Notes: generated by a model not told the origin, from the letters alone. A DNA stretch of 63,891 nucleotides, filler included, from Phoronis australis (GCA_002633005.1; 8 parts of 8 records of this genome joined end to end with filler, not necessarily neighbours in it); one strand, 5' to 3'; numbered from the whole stretch's first letter, positions 13,659 through 27,060 are shown. Numbers and translations: made by a program.

Positions 13659-14960
13659 GGGCGAAGGCAACCTTTTTTCGTGTCACTTTTAGCAAAAATA
13701 AGGTCTGTTGATTATCCCAGACATATTTTTCATTTAATTAAAGCTTTTCGTAATTTAATTAATTTCTCGTCCTCTACTCCGGAAGTGACGTTTTGGGAGG
13801 CAAGAATTCAGCACCAATTTCTTTTCATACAGTCAGACTGTGAGAGCTGTCAAGTCAGTCATTGTTCTACCTCGGGTGTGATAAGTTCGGTCGTCGTTTG
13901 CTTTTGTTTACAAGTCAGTCAACATGCCACGCTGTTGCTGCGTACCAGGATGTACTCATTATCGTATCACACGCGTTTTGGGTACCTTGCATCGCTTTCC
14001 AAAGGATGACACACTTCGCCGTACTTGACTAGCTCGTTCGTGTGAAGATTGCAGGCAGCGCTACCCGCTCACGCAACGTACAAAGCAGTGGCAAGCATAT
14101 TCAGCCGTCAGTTTGCGACAGATATGTACGCTGAATTGATGAAGGTCCCTGCGAAACAACGCCTGAAGAAGGTTTCCATACCGTTGCTGCTGATTCCCGG
14201 CAGTGCCCCGTCGCCACCCCCGAGAAGTGCGTTTTTGAAGCGAGAAGCCTCGCGAGCTGTGGCCACTATAAACAGTGGCTGGAGGCACTTCATCTACTGC
14301 CACCCATGCCTCCAAACGTACCCCACAGCGTGCAATTCCAGGAACTAGCAGTGATTCCCCGTGTGCTGTTGTCTCTAGCCCAGAGCCTGTAAGCTGCCAT
14401 GCAGCGATGTTGAGTAGTGGGAGTGAATACAGGCCCAGTTTGACACCAAGTGAAAAGTATAGTTTGTCATCCAATGAACAGATCGCTGAGCCTAAGTTTG
14501 ATAAGTTTATTGTGGACTTGTATTAGAGCTAGTTAAAAGGTGCCACGTGTGTGATGAGGGAGTCGCACGACGGGACTTTGTAAGCAGTTTGGGTGCTCAA
14601 GTCCCCAATCACTGGGAGTGTGTCGCGGTACACTCGGGCAAGTGCGACAGTTCTTCCTCTGTACGTGAGACGATAATGAGTACATCTCGGTAGACAGCAA
14701 CGGCGTGGCATGTTGACAGACTCGTAAACAAAACCAAACGAAGACCGAACTTATCACCACCGAGGTAGAACACTGACTGACTAGACTGCTCTCACAGTCA
14801 GACAGTATGAAAAGAAATTAGCGCAAAACGTCACTTCCGGAGTAAACGACGAGTAATTAATGAAATTACGAAAAGCTGTAAATAAGTGAAAAATATGTGT
14901 GGGATAATCAACGAATCCTATTTTTGCTAAAACTGACATGAAAAAAGGTTGCCTTCACCT
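13659..14960 (+). mobile_element. Kolobok-like non-autonomous element with TTAA TSD, ~300-bp TIRs and THAP remnant
   Basis: TTAA at 13655-13658 and 14961-14964; long TIRs starting GGGCGAAGGCAACC/AGGTGAAGGCAACC; internal decayed THAP reading frame from 13924. Confidence 0.85.
13924..14190 (+). pseudogene. Decayed THAP zinc-finger domain
   Basis: MPRCCCVPGC...LHRFPKDDTLRRT*L...KH...DMYAELM..RLKKVSIP with a stop and frameshifts; matches the THAP CxVxGC / FP / W / RLK..AVP pattern. Confidence 0.75.
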
Positions 14961-17920
14961 TTAAGTCCACTGCCAGCCCATCCCATTGCTTAAATCCACT
15001 GCCAGCCCATCCCATTCTTTGATGAAGTTACGCTCACTAACTTTTCAACCCACGTTTGGATCACAGTTCACACACTATCAATCATTACAGGCCTGAGTTT
15101 GAATCACTGTGTACAGACAAGCTATGGCCACATCAGAGGCGGATTCAGAATTTTGAGTTGGGGGGGAGCAAGGGCACAGGAATAACCAGAATTTTGCCAC
15201 GTGCGCTCGCCCAGCCTAAAATGTAGGGATGCAGGGGTCTTGAATATTTGTGTTTGTGGACCTTATTCCTAAAAAAGGTAAACTGGGTTTGTTCAAAGCC
15301 TATGCATTGTCATTTCATTACATATTTCATCTCTCTTAGTTAAATTTTCACCATTCTTTGTCATTTATTTGTCTTAATTCTCAACCTGTTTTAATTGTAT
15401 TTTTTTTCACGTATATTTAATTGTTGTTTTATTACTTCATTGCGCTATATTACTGTTTTTTGTTGTTGAGGGCCCTCAGTGCTATCACTGAAGAGGTCAG
15501 CCTCATTTTAAATATCACAATAAATAAATAAATCCCCGTGAGCAGACAAGCTGTGGCCACATGTAATTGGGTGTCTGGCACATGCACCACTATGATAAGC
15601 CAATTACATGTCATTATGCACTTCCAACAAAATAATCTTTATTTTCTACTTGTCTGAACACACGATATCAAAATTGCCCCTCTAAGGATAATTCTTTGCT
15701 TCCTACTTAAAATTCACAAGTCAAGAAAAAGTTTTTGCTAAACGTGTCACTCAAAAGTGCAACCGATCCTGACACATGACGGAGCCACTTGGTTGTCACC
15801 AACAGAGTGGATGGTAAGTAACCATCAGTCACATACACATATCTCCCTTCATGTTGGAGGATTTGATACCACAGTGATAATTAATAATTATTGGCTTCAG
15901 TGATTTGTTCATTAATCAAGTTAATCCCATGTTGATGAAGTTGATGCATTAGGTTATCCAAACCTTTGTCTCTATTACACCTTTTTCTCTCATCCCTCCC
16001 TTTGGTAATTTTGAACAGGTTGGTGCAAGAAGGTCTCTTACGCCATATGTTCTCAAAGGCTTGAAAGCTAGTGTAGAGAGTGAGAAAAACAGTTCTTTTA
16101 AAAAGAGTTATGACCAGTCTACCTGTAGACTATTAGACTACTCCACAANNNNNNNNNNNNNNNNNNNNNNNNNNNNNNNNNNNNNNNNNNNNTTAATTAA
16201 TTAANNNNNNNNNNNNNNNNNNNNNNNNNNNNNNNNNNNNNNNNNNNNCCCCCCCCCCCCCTCCCAAACACTGAAACTGCACACATTTAAATCTTTTCAT
16301 TCGTATAATTTTAATTACCGGGGTTAATTAATAAACTCACCATTTCCCTACGCTCTTACTGTTTTATTTTTTTGCGGCCTATGTTACATTACAGCGTTCT
16401 GTCGTTCAGTAACTTTTCCAGACGTGACTAAGAGGTGCTGAACGTGCGATAACATCTGGCTCTTTTGTTAACTACCCAGCTCAGTCTTTTGTCCCGATTG
16501 ATAACAAGCCCGCCAATTATCTCCCAGGCTTCAAAGGAAACGTATGGTGGTTGCACGCTTATTACCGAACGCGTATGAACACAGTCAAACCCAGTGCGTC
16601 CCAGAATAGATTGTCTAACTTCTGTTTTAGTTGGGCGATTTTGGTGATTCAAAAACGGAACATGATCAGCATTCGACGAGGAATTCAGAAATTCTATTGG
16701 TTTAAGCTCAATATGTTATAACTTAACTTTCATTTTTATCAGGCCAGCCCAGTCGGTCTAGAGACGATCTGATCGGAGATTAGAGCCATTATCGAACAAA
16801 AGAGCGCAGACCCTCGAACCATAAATTCCAGAATGGAGTTAATCAATCGTGTAAGATATTGACTACGGGGGTAAACTTCCCAACTTGTTGTTGGGCTATA
16901 GCATCGAACAAGTTGGGAGCGGCAACGGGATCGCCGTCATGAAATTGAAAAAATCTAGGGGTATAGTTGTCCTAACTTTTGCAGTACTGATCAACGGTTC
17001 TATTTACTACTAGTCAGCCAGGGCCCCACGGCCGATGCAACGGTGCCCTTTCCAATTCACTTCCCCTGCTCAGTGACGAAAAAAGATGTCTATGGTTCTT
17101 CTGTTTGTGTTAGAACTTTGCAAGTGATCAATTTTTGCAAAAAGTCTACAGTCAACGGTTGAAGGCGATTTCATGTTAATTTCGGCCGTGCTGTCCTTAG
17201 AGCGTAACTGGCTCAGGTTACTAGGGACAAAACCTCTGCTATATGGCGACTATTTCACGTCATCCCCTCACAGTTGTTCTCTTGAACATTGTCATGGGTT
17301 TTAGTTGCCAACTTTCGGCAGAGTATGCATGGCCGGGTATTCAAGCTCACGTGCAGCATGACTATCCCGAAGCAGCGGCGCTAGGCAAACCTCGTCGTAA
17401 ATATTGTATAGAACGTATAACCTTCTCAGGCATATGTGACACATGTTCGGGCATTGAAATAATTTCAAAATCACATGGCATTAACGATGCGAAGAAAGAC
17501 ATTTGAGCCTAATGGGTAGGCCTACCCCAAAGCGTATACCATTGAGTCACTACCGGGTGCTATTCCTCCAGAACCAGCCCACATCTTTGACCCTCCGCGA
17601 CCCCTAGGGGAGACCGTCTCCTTCGCTGACCACCGCGCAACATAAAACCATGTACTGAATTTACTATTTTTGGACAAAAAACTACAGCATACAACATGAG
17701 CTAGGCGAGTTCCCACTGCGACAACACAATGTGCAGCGCCATCTATTTGCCTTGATGAAAGCCACACTCTCAATTGCTGAGAACGTCTTCGCGGATTTAT
17801 CCAAAAGCACATTTAAGAGAAAAATTAAAGACTGCAATTTCATTACACTACCCTCCCGTGATGAATATATAAGGGACGCTTTCACTTTCAAAACAACATT
17901 TTTATTAACAACATAAAACG

Positions 17921-17926
17921 TTTATT
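17921..17926 (-). promoter_or_regulatory. Candidate SC5D polyadenylation signal
   Basis: AATAAA on the minus strand about 950 nt past the SC5D stop, with a second AATAAA near 17901. Position-based inference only. Confidence 0.35.
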
Positions 17927-18872
17927 TCTTTCCATTAGAAACAGCACATGGGATGAATAAATACTGTATCTAAAATATAACCATTCCACATTGATGAGTA
18001 ATCAATCCACTTTGAGAACAATTGAAAGCACTTACAATATATGTTGTTTACACAATTGCTACAAGATATTACACACTCCTTCTTGTCCAATAAAAATTGA
18101 ATAAAACTTCATCCAAAGAAGTCTCCGTGAAAAAATATTGGCCACAAAACCTGATAAACATTTGAAAAACAAACTTGTAAATTACACGTACTTTCACGTA
18201 ACATTATTTAACGATCTGTAAAATTTCACAAATTTGAAAAAAATAACCAAAATGTGATATATTTTATGTTTTCAAAGGTTTCTAGCACTGTTATGATTGC
18301 TTATAACTTCTAAAAACACTGTTGGAAGCTATGGCATGGAACCTGAAAATGACCAAACATTTATTTGGAGATGGTTAAATTTCATGAAAAAATGAAGAAA
18401 TACAATTTCACTTGTTCATCATATTGGTTCTAAATTGGTGAGACTTTTTACTACATAGTCCTTTATTATATAAGTGGTCCATGAGTAACCCAGTCCAGGT
18501 AAAACTTGACTATCGGATGAGAATCCTCCAACGGTTGGAGTTTGGTAATGCGAACACAACAGCCCATTGAATTCAGTCCTGCTACTTGGACTGCTGGGTC
18601 ACCAATGTAATCCTTTATGACATCTCATTATGTCATAAAACTATATGAACTTGTTGACTGTTGGCAGCCTAGTCAGCTGGCTCTATCATATTGGCAGCGA
18701 ATGCATTTCAGTTCACAAATTTAATTGGGTTTTGGCGTGAATTTTCACCTGTACTAGGCCCGTCATGTCTATAATAAAGTTGCAATTCTTTACTAAGATC
18801 CTGCCAGTGAAAAGCAAACATCAAAATTGAACATGTGTGTCCCAACATATGTTTATCAGAAACAAAAGTCAC

Positions 18873-19286
18873 TCAATCTGACTTCATACTGCGTGTGACG
18901 CGACGGTCAGGGGTTGTAGCATTGGTGCTTCCATTCTGTTTCTCCTTTCTGAGCACCTGGTCGAGAGGACTGTCGCCTTGAAATGCATTTGGATAACGGA
19001 ATGTGCCACCGATGCGATCCCAGAGGGTGAAGAACTGGCCATAGTTGTAGTTGTAGAGGGTGTGGTGGTCCGTGTGGTGTGCTGAGCCATTCACGAAGGG
19101 CTTGAGACACTCCGGCACACGGTAATCTCCGTCATGGATCGATACCGTCCAGAAGTTGACGAAGGCAAACAGGACAAGATATGTGACCTTATGTAGAGGA
19201 AACAGGAAGGGATAGATGTGGTAGGGCAGGCTCTGCATGAATCCGTCAATGGGGTGAAAAGCATGCGATGCAAACGGTGTCGGCAC
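18873..19286 (-). CDS. SC5D: Sterol C5-desaturase, terminal coding exon 4 of 4
   Basis: [23 protein letters not shown]...SIHDG...[10 protein letters not shown]...[16 protein letters not shown] includes the third His box. catag acceptor, TGA stop. Spliced CDS 210+130+131+414 = 885 nt = 294 aa. Confidence 0.96.
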   Translation of the reverse strand: MPTPFASHAFHPIDGFMQSLPYHIYPFLFPLHKVTYLVLFAFVNFWTVSIHDGDYRVPECLKPFVNGSAHHTDHHTLYNYNYGQFFTLWDRIGGTFRYPNAFQGDSPLDQVLRKEKQNGSTNATTPDRRVTRSMKSD

Positions 19287-19487
19287 CTATGAGGTAAGGA
19301 GAGAAATGTGAGCCATGGAGATGATGTTCCTTCAGTTATGAGCAAGTCTGTTGGAAATCAGAAACGTGTTATCAATCCCCACATTGACCACACTGCATAA
19401 TCACCATTGGAACATGAATGCAGAGTTCATTAACAACAGGAAGGGCAACTTTGACAGAAGGAAGAACTACAAGTTTCATGTGCTCTC

Positions 19488-19598
19488 AACTATTACCTCA
19501 CTGCAAGGTATAGCTCTCAATTAAATACAACTATAACCTCACTGCAAGGTATAGCTCTCAACTAAATACAACTATAACCTCACTGCAAGGTATAGCTC
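19488..19598. repeat. 41-bp tandem repeat (~2.7 copies) in SC5D intron
   Basis: caactataacctcactgcaaggtatagctctcaa.taaata repeated. Confidence 0.8.
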
Positions 19599-19790
19599 AA
19601 TTTCTGTTCAGTACGTAAATGCATTTCTTAAGGTTTTTTCCAGCCACATGATAATCGGGTAGAGAAAACAAAAATGCCAGTCAGCACAATGACACTGTGA
19701 GTTCCTTTTCTTATGGCTGGTTCAAATAATGTCGCAAAAGTCAAAGTCGCAGCATTTCTTGCAGTCCCCGTAGGTTGGTGCAGACATTGT

Positions 19791-19882
19791 AGTAAGTACA
19801 ACCACATCGCAGTTGTCTCTAGATGCTGCATATACAGTAAGTACAACCACAATGCAGTTGTCTCTAAATGCTGCTGATACAG
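19791..19882. repeat. ~45-bp tandem duplication
   Basis: agtaagtacaaccaca..gcagttgtctcta.atgctgc twice. Confidence 0.7.
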
Positions 19883-20035
19883 TATCTGCACACATTTTAA
19901 AATAACTGCAAGCTCTCTGGTACACACTGTACCAGACATGCGCAGGCCTCTCATATGTGTCCATTGCACTGATCACCTGGAACCATTTTTTGCTTTAAAT
20001 ATAGAGTTAAAACTGAGCTGAGGAGCTGGAGATCT

Positions 20036-20216
20036 GACTCAAGGGTCTAGCAGTGTACCCCAGTGGGACTCGAGGGTCTAGCAGTGTGCCCCAGTGGGAC
20101 TCAAGGGTCTAGCAGTGTGGCCCAGTGGGACTCAAGGGTCTAGCAGTATGGCCCAGTGGGACTCAAACCCAGGAAGTTGAGTAAAGGAAGAGGACACTTA
20201 TCCCACTGGGCCACAG
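20036..20216 (-). repeat. tRNA-derived SINE head followed by four 31-bp tandem units
   Basis: Minus strand: TGGCCCAGTGG (A box), GGTTTGAGTCC (B box); plus-strand unit gactcaagggtctagcagtgtgccccagtgg x4 at 20036-20159. Confidence 0.7.
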
Positions 20217-20723
20217 TGTCTCCTCCTGTGGGCATGATGCTGCAAGTAGTTTATATACTTGCTGACCATTTATTTAAAGTGATGCTATCTGGAAGAAATA
20301 TGATTTTCTGAAATCAGCCACAGTGCAGATTCGAGCTGGGATCTTTCACGGATCAGTCAAACGCTCTGCCGTTGAGTTAAAAGGCACTCGCTAAATGAGA
20401 GAGTATTTTAAGTGTACTTAACTGGTAAAGTCCCTGACTTTGATTTTGGTAAATGTCTGGTAGACATCACCAAGAATTTCAGATTTGTACCCAAACCCCA
20501 AATTTGAAACATAACATATTTTAATGTTTTATACCTCTTCTACAAAGCTAAAAACTTCCAAAAGTCTATCACAAACAACAATTCAAAAACTTCATTTTCA
20601 GTAGTAAAACTAATGTCCTATAAATATTTAATAATACATTGACTGGGGGAGGGGGGACTGCGACTACAACAATTATAACATTAAGTGGACCAATCTTAAC
20701 ACTCCACATTGTTTATCACTCAC

Positions 20724-20854
20724 TTTCCACTTGTGATGGTCTTTATGGATGTACTTGTATATTGATTTGTGATGAAGACCATAGTGGATCCAGTAGATCA
20801 GACAGTCCGTGAAGAGTATAAATGTGATGCAACTCAGTGCCACGAACAGCCAAC
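20724..20854 (-). CDS. SC5D: Sterol C5-desaturase, coding exon 3 of 4
   Basis: [44 protein letters not shown] contains His boxes HxxxH and HxxHH. ttacag acceptor, AAA|gtgagt donor, 131 nt. Confidence 0.95.
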
Positions 20855-23800
20855 CTGTAAAATCAAAAGCCCTGGCGGATAAAGAATGTCCTAATTGCGA
20901 CCAACCACAATTTTCAGGAAAAAAAAGTCCCAGATGCTCGATGACCTTTTTCTTCTTCAGTTTTGTCATGTTCGTAAGGGAGTGTAGGGACTCCTAAAAC
21001 CCGCCTATGAAATGAACAGTGTGAACGTGACTGGGGTTGTGGTACCAAGAATCTGTTGCATTAGGAAAAAAATGCTTTCAAGGTGCATTTTTTGGGGAAT
21101 TTAGAACATTTAATTTACCAAAAAAGGCATTGTGAACCTTTTTGTACATAAATGAAGTTGACAAATTAACAATTCTTTAAAACAGGAGTGTAATCTAGTG
21201 ACTAACCAGATGCTTCAGGTCAGCTATGTTCATTCACAATTTACCATTTGACTAGATCAACAGCAGAAAAGGTAATAAAATAATACAACCCATCAGACAA
21301 ACATTGTGCGACTTGCTGAGAGTCACTTCACTTCCAGACTGAAGAATTGATATTTCTACGTTTTTATAAACACTGACTAAAAAGATTCAAAATGCCGTCA
21401 CAGTAAGTAAAATATACACATTCCACAAAAAGATACTTTTAACAGATAACTTTGCTCTTTACCAATGCTGTACACAGAACAATTCAATTCATTTACAATA
21501 CAAATGCTTGTAAACAAAACAGGAAAGGTAAGCTTTCGAACAAAGAAAGGTAGCATCCCCTTTTTCAACTAAGTGTTTTCTTCACATAAATCATTAGAAA
21601 GTCTTGCTGAAGTCACGCATTAGTACAGTAAAACTTGTGTAAGAATTATTACCCCAGGAGTCAATGGTCTGACATTTATCTGATAAGGCCAAGCTGGATA
21701 AATTAGGTGCAACATTAAGAAAATACAGCCACCTCTCGCATTGTGATATCTTAAGCTAACAAATGCCTCAGAAGAAAGTAATCGCGGATCTTTCAAATGG
21801 GGCTATTCGGAAAATCTACAATAACTAGAGGGTGTGCGTGTACTAGTGGTGATAGATTAACAGCCTCGATTTCGCGAGCCCTTTCAATACATGGTGAAAT
21901 GGCTTGCAGCTGTGCCAACTGAATCTGAGATTGCATAAAAAGGGTGCTTCTATGAGAGGAAGTAAGCACGAACTCATACAAAGGTAAGGTTTGTGATTAT
22001 TTTTACGATTATTCCATGATTATTCTACCGATGCCTGTTAACTGAGGCACTCGCCGATGTCGACTTCGCGGCAGTCAGTCGCCAGCCAGAGTCTGGTTAA
22101 TCTTTATATGTTGTGATATGTGATACGATACTTGACGTAGCAATCGGGATCTTTCGTACATCAAAGCATTATTATTGTTTGGAATGATTTCTAAAAGTTT
22201 ATCAGTGATAGTTACATCAATCAATGCTGAATGTTTATGCTGTCAACTCGATACAGGTTAATGAGTTAAGATTACAATCCAATCCCAATGGTAAAGGGTA
22301 CGTGAGTGATAAATATCCATTGCATTAGACTATTTGTTTACTCCCTATCATATGTCTTCTGGCAATCTGTTACACGTTGAAATGGAAATCTATCACGTCA
22401 GTTTTCACGTAACCTTTGGTTTTTAGGTTTGAAGGCTTGTACCGTGCAGAGGAGATATGCTGTTTTGCTACTTGTATCAATTGTAAAACCACGAAAATAT
22501 ATTACATTTTCCGAATTCACAGTGACTGAATAGTCTTAACTCATGCCTTGAAATGTTGCAAGTCGTTATAAATTCAAATGACTGCCATTTTTGTGAAAAT
22601 TGCATTTTTGATGGTGCCTTACGATTTGTAATTACTCTTAAACAACAGAAAGATTATCCATCATTTTTAAATGACCCAAGTCTTCATATCTTCTATTAGA
22701 AGAAAAACGGTTCCCTCAACCTTAGGCTAGAAGTATGCTTGACAGACCCATGAACCTGTAATCTGAGTTTAAAATTGCTGAAAGTATCAAAATTAAAAAG
22801 GCTTGAAAATGGGTAACAAAGGTTTGAAGTTGTCTCAAAAAACTTGTATATTTTACAGACAAGTGATGCGTTTAAAGAATTGTTATGGCTAGGGATAAAA
22901 AATAAAGACACAGTTTTATGCAATACTCATTATATACACCCTTGGTTTCTGAAAATAGTAAATATTTACTTTTATGTGAAACTGTAGACCAATCACCATA
23001 TATTTTTGAAAAACAGGGATAACATTTTTGATCCAATCTGGAGTACTTAATTATTCATATTTCAATATTTGTTCCAGGTTCAGTGACATTTTAAGGCCAC
23101 TTCAAGCTGTATCATAGACAAGCTTTGTTACTCCGTTCTCTTCCCACAGCACTTCCACACACCAGCAGTGCTGCATGGCACAATGTGCAAGTCAGTGGCC
23201 CTGGAGAAATGTGAATCGCAGTACTAAGTTACCATAAGACAATGTGCCAGTGGAGTGTCTGTGTATCCAGACGAACTATATCTGACTGCTACACAAATAA
23301 GCCTTGTTGGTGAGGATGCCCTTTCATAGGCAATGAGTCATGTGTGGACAATAGCTTATTTCCTTTCCTGGAAGAAACATGAGGGACTGAAGCTAAAGAA
23401 GACCTAGTCACACTCTGGTCTAGTTCAGAGTCTGATTTTGGGCTCAAAACGATTCAAGTGATATGCTGCTGTGTTTACCTTCAAGGGTCTAATTGTGGAT
23501 GTTATTGAGGCTGAATGAGGTTACATGAAAGAAAGCCACGTGTTGAAACTGGACCTTTTTTACAAGCGCTTCTATAGGCCATTGAAACTAGAACCCAGTG
23601 AAATGAAAGCCAAAAGCTGAGTGACATTAAATTTTCCTTTCAGAAGAAAGGCTTTATACTATTGGTAAAAACTTTTCAATTTGGTACAGATTATGGGGAA
23701 ATGACATTCAGTGACTGCATCGATTGTCTTATTGTATGTTTTCAATTGTAGCTAGCTGCTATGCACAAGATTCGAGAATAAACAATTATCAGTGTATTTA

Positions 23801-25460
23801 AAAACAAATGGCAAACTGAAAAAGCACAGAAAGAAACAACATTGCGAGGGAGTCCATAATCAGGCATATCAGGTGCTGAATTACTGAATTACGTTCAATT
23901 CTCTCAGGTTATTGCTGAAGGATTGCTTTTCACTTTGTCCAACGGTGAAATAGATGGTCAGGCGGTTGGTTTCAGTTGTTTTTTCTTGCCTGTAACAGAA
24001 TAGAAATATTAGCAAATTGTAAAAGAAAAGGCAAGACAAAACTACTTTTGTAAGGCAGAACATACTTGACATTTCATCTTCATGTTTATGTGTAGAAACT
24101 AATAACCTTTGTACCCAAGTCTTATTTAATAACTGCATAAAAATATGTGAAACAGGCTAAAAGTGATTTAACAATGTGTATTTTTCATGACACTTAAAAT
24201 GTGCTTCTGATCTCAACAAGTAAAATTCATTCTAGGTGTCAATTTTTTTCCAATGCAATGTTACGACATTTACTGAATTAAGGCTTATTCATGTTAATTC
24301 GATAACTGAGCTGGTGGTCCTGGGGGTGGGGTCCACGATAAAATAAGGAAACTCACTCATCTAGAGAATTTTATTGGAAACAGCATAGTTTTGAAGAGAA
24401 ACTGCTGTGAAAAAGTCACTCTTGACTTCTGTGCATCACGTACCATACACCTCTTATTTTTTGAGCGCACTCCCACCCAGGACAATATGAATATGTGCTG
24501 CTAGCCTACCCGGCATCGGGTGAGTTTCCAAAAAGAAACACTTAGTTCCACTCAATAAAACTGTTATTCAGTGGGGTAACTGGTGGGGATAACATCACCG
24601 AACGATGTTGATAGAAACTGATTGCTAAAAACTTACCAAGTAATGTTGTGTAGTCTCCGAATGGAACTGCATAGTCATAGACATAGAGCACACACGGGGC
24701 TTCAGCATCCACACACTTTTTGTCAGTTAGTTGACCCTGTTGACCGCAATTGTCCACGAATATAGTAACCTTAGGTCTTTTGGGAATTTGTGGCCACCTG
24801 TCGAAGACTTGCACCAGGGAAATTAGCAGTAATAAGGCTTAGCGCGACGACGTATTTTGATAAAAATTCCATCTTTTACCAGTTGTTTACATACAGACAG
24901 CCACGCATGCGCAATTTAATCACCACTAGTACAGCAGCGACACCGCGAGGAGAATTCTCCGGATAGCCCCATTAGAAATCTAAGATTTCAAGCAGTTCTG
25001 GTGCAGACCATGCGAAATTGATAATTTTTAAACACAAAAAGAGAGCCTAGTTTTCTGTGATGATAGAAAACTGACGGAATTCACAAAATCTGACTTCCTT
25101 CATGGAATTTCAAAAAGAATTTAGAATATTTCAGCAGATACCGTGATTCTAACATTTTTGGCGAATTACAAAAAATATGAATAAAACCAATCAAATTCAA
25201 TAATTCTGACCACAAATCAATTGTCGTGCAGCAAGTTATCGGTGAGATGGAGCTACCACAAAATTCAGCACAAAAAGTAAGGTAATTCTCAGATCATTTC
25301 TATGTTACTTATCACTTTAAAAAAGTACAACAAAAATTGCTTATTTTCATAACATACAAAAACTGAATTTTATGTTTGCTAAATATAGAATTTTCTGTTT
25401 TTGAATATGGAACATCACAGTCTCTAAGTACGCCACACCTATTGGCTATGTCATACTTGC

Positions 25461-25590
25461 CTTGTTTCGATTCAATGCCATCGTACAATTTTGAGTAACC
25501 TCTGACCTCAAAGAAAAACACTATCACTGTTGGGAAGGCCATGAACGGTATAGACTTTGTGGCATAGGTTATTTCTTTTGACACTTGATT
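25461..25590 (-). CDS. SC5D: Sterol C5-desaturase, coding exon 2 of 4 (GC donor)
   Basis: NQVSKEITYATKSIPFMAFPTVIVFFFEVRGYSKLYD contains the conserved EVRGYSKLY motif. cttacag acceptor; 130 nt ending G|gcaagt, phase 1, which fits the next exon. Confidence 0.92.
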
Positions 25591-26233
25591 CTGTAAGAAG
25601 ATTGAAAAGTGAATTACATGCACAGTTACAAGAAAACTACATGTTACATGTTGATAACAAGATACCGGAGTTCCAGATTTTCCAATTGACAACACTAGCA
25701 CACTCAAATTCTTTTTATCCTGTGTAAAGAAAATTGACAATTCGTTATAGTATTGCTTGACATGCCATGAAATACCATTTACAGACCTTGCTACACCAAG
25801 ACTAGGCTAGGCAAGATTCTACCTCCTCCCCCACCCCCCACCACTTAGGACATTAAAAAGGATTCTGGCACAGCAAGGATGCCCCAGCCAAGCAGCAAGT
25901 CAAGCCAATTTGTAAAGACATGCCCAAGTTAATTGAGAGTGTAAATTTATGTTAGAAAGTAATGGGTCGCAATTATTTCCATCAAATTAGGTTTATTACA
26001 TTGTAAACACAAAGTATGGTTATGCCAACAAATCATTGCTTAATCCCTAGGTAAGGAAGAAGATTAGGCCATAATGGTAACTGGCACAAATCAAAAGTTA
26101 ACTTTCTGACCATTAATTAATGAATGAAAATAACTCTGAACAAGGTCTTACTAGTACTTAAAAAGTAACTTAGTTGAGCTTAAACCAGCCACAACTATAG
26201 GTTATCTTAATCTATTAAGTATTTCAACTATAC

Positions 26234-26443
26234 CTGTAATATTTGTGTATGTTTTAGATGTCTTTTGTCGAATACAAAATGATAACTTAATGTAGCCGGA
26301 ATGATGTACACAAGAAATCCACCGAGAAGAACAACAAGGTAGAGACTGAGACACTGGCGTACAACATCGTTCCGCGGCCAAGTTGCAGGGTAGACGTAAG
26401 GATCAAAAAAGTATTGATCAGCCACATTTAAAACAAGATCCAT
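26234..26443 (-). CDS. SC5D: Sterol C5-desaturase (lathosterol oxidase), coding exon 1 of 4
   Basis: MDLVLNVADQYFFDPYVYPATWP...HTQILQ closely resembles the vertebrate SC5D N-terminus. ttgcag acceptor 11 nt upstream of the ATG; CAG|gtatag donor at 26233; 210 nt, phase 0. Confidence 0.95.
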
Positions 26444-27060
26444 TCTCTTCAGAACTGCAAATAAAAGTGAGATTTCATCAGAAAATGGCAGTCAGTGGTT
26501 GCAAATGTAACTGTATTCATCAAGTTCATTCCTTCATGCCTGCTTGTCACTCCTTAACATTTCTGACAGTTTCAAGAGCACATGCCCTAATAAACACAAA
26601 CAAAAGTTTTGTCCACATTACAATTCAACAGAAGTTCTGATCAAGCCACATCCCATGGAATTTGTTCATGAGCACATACATACTGGATTTCTTAAGGCTG
26701 TTTCATACTAGCTACCACAAATATTATGAGATGGATTCTATGACAGTAAAGGCCCACTGCTTACTGGTGTACAGGATGTGCCTACTCAGTATTTAGGCAG
26801 TTGGATTGCCTGTGGATGCCACAGGCAATCCAACTGCCAAAACAGTGAATAATATTGAATGAAGTATATGTACACATTGGGTTATAAATAATCCATAGCA
26901 CGAATCTAAATCGGTTTCTGTAGTAATCACAACCCGTGTACTTTAAACGGGTGGCAGCCCAAATCCGGTCAATGAAAAGGCGAGTCTCACTTCATCAAAA
27001 ATACATTTTACACAGGAAATTGTCATTTAAAAGGGCTTGCTTACTTCAGTAATCCATTCT

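Larger units (their letters stand above)
13580..15015. repeat. 29-bp minisatellite split by the Kolobok-like element
   Basis: Unit ttaagtccactgccagcccatcccattgc; ~2.5 copies left (13580-13658) and ~2 right (14961-15015). Confidence 0.8.

Noticed and set aside
16740-17850. Decayed LINE coding sequence (LLNIVM, SKSTFKRKIK)
   Set aside because: Motifs are too short and scattered to support a call without a search.
20036-20159. 31-bp repeats as a CRISPR array (also the 27-bp and 29-bp arrays)
   Set aside because: Units are contiguous with no unique spacers, there are no cas genes, and the context is eukaryotic.
25455-25460. Canonical GT donor for SC5D exon 2
   Set aside because: It gives phase 2, which is incompatible with exon 3.
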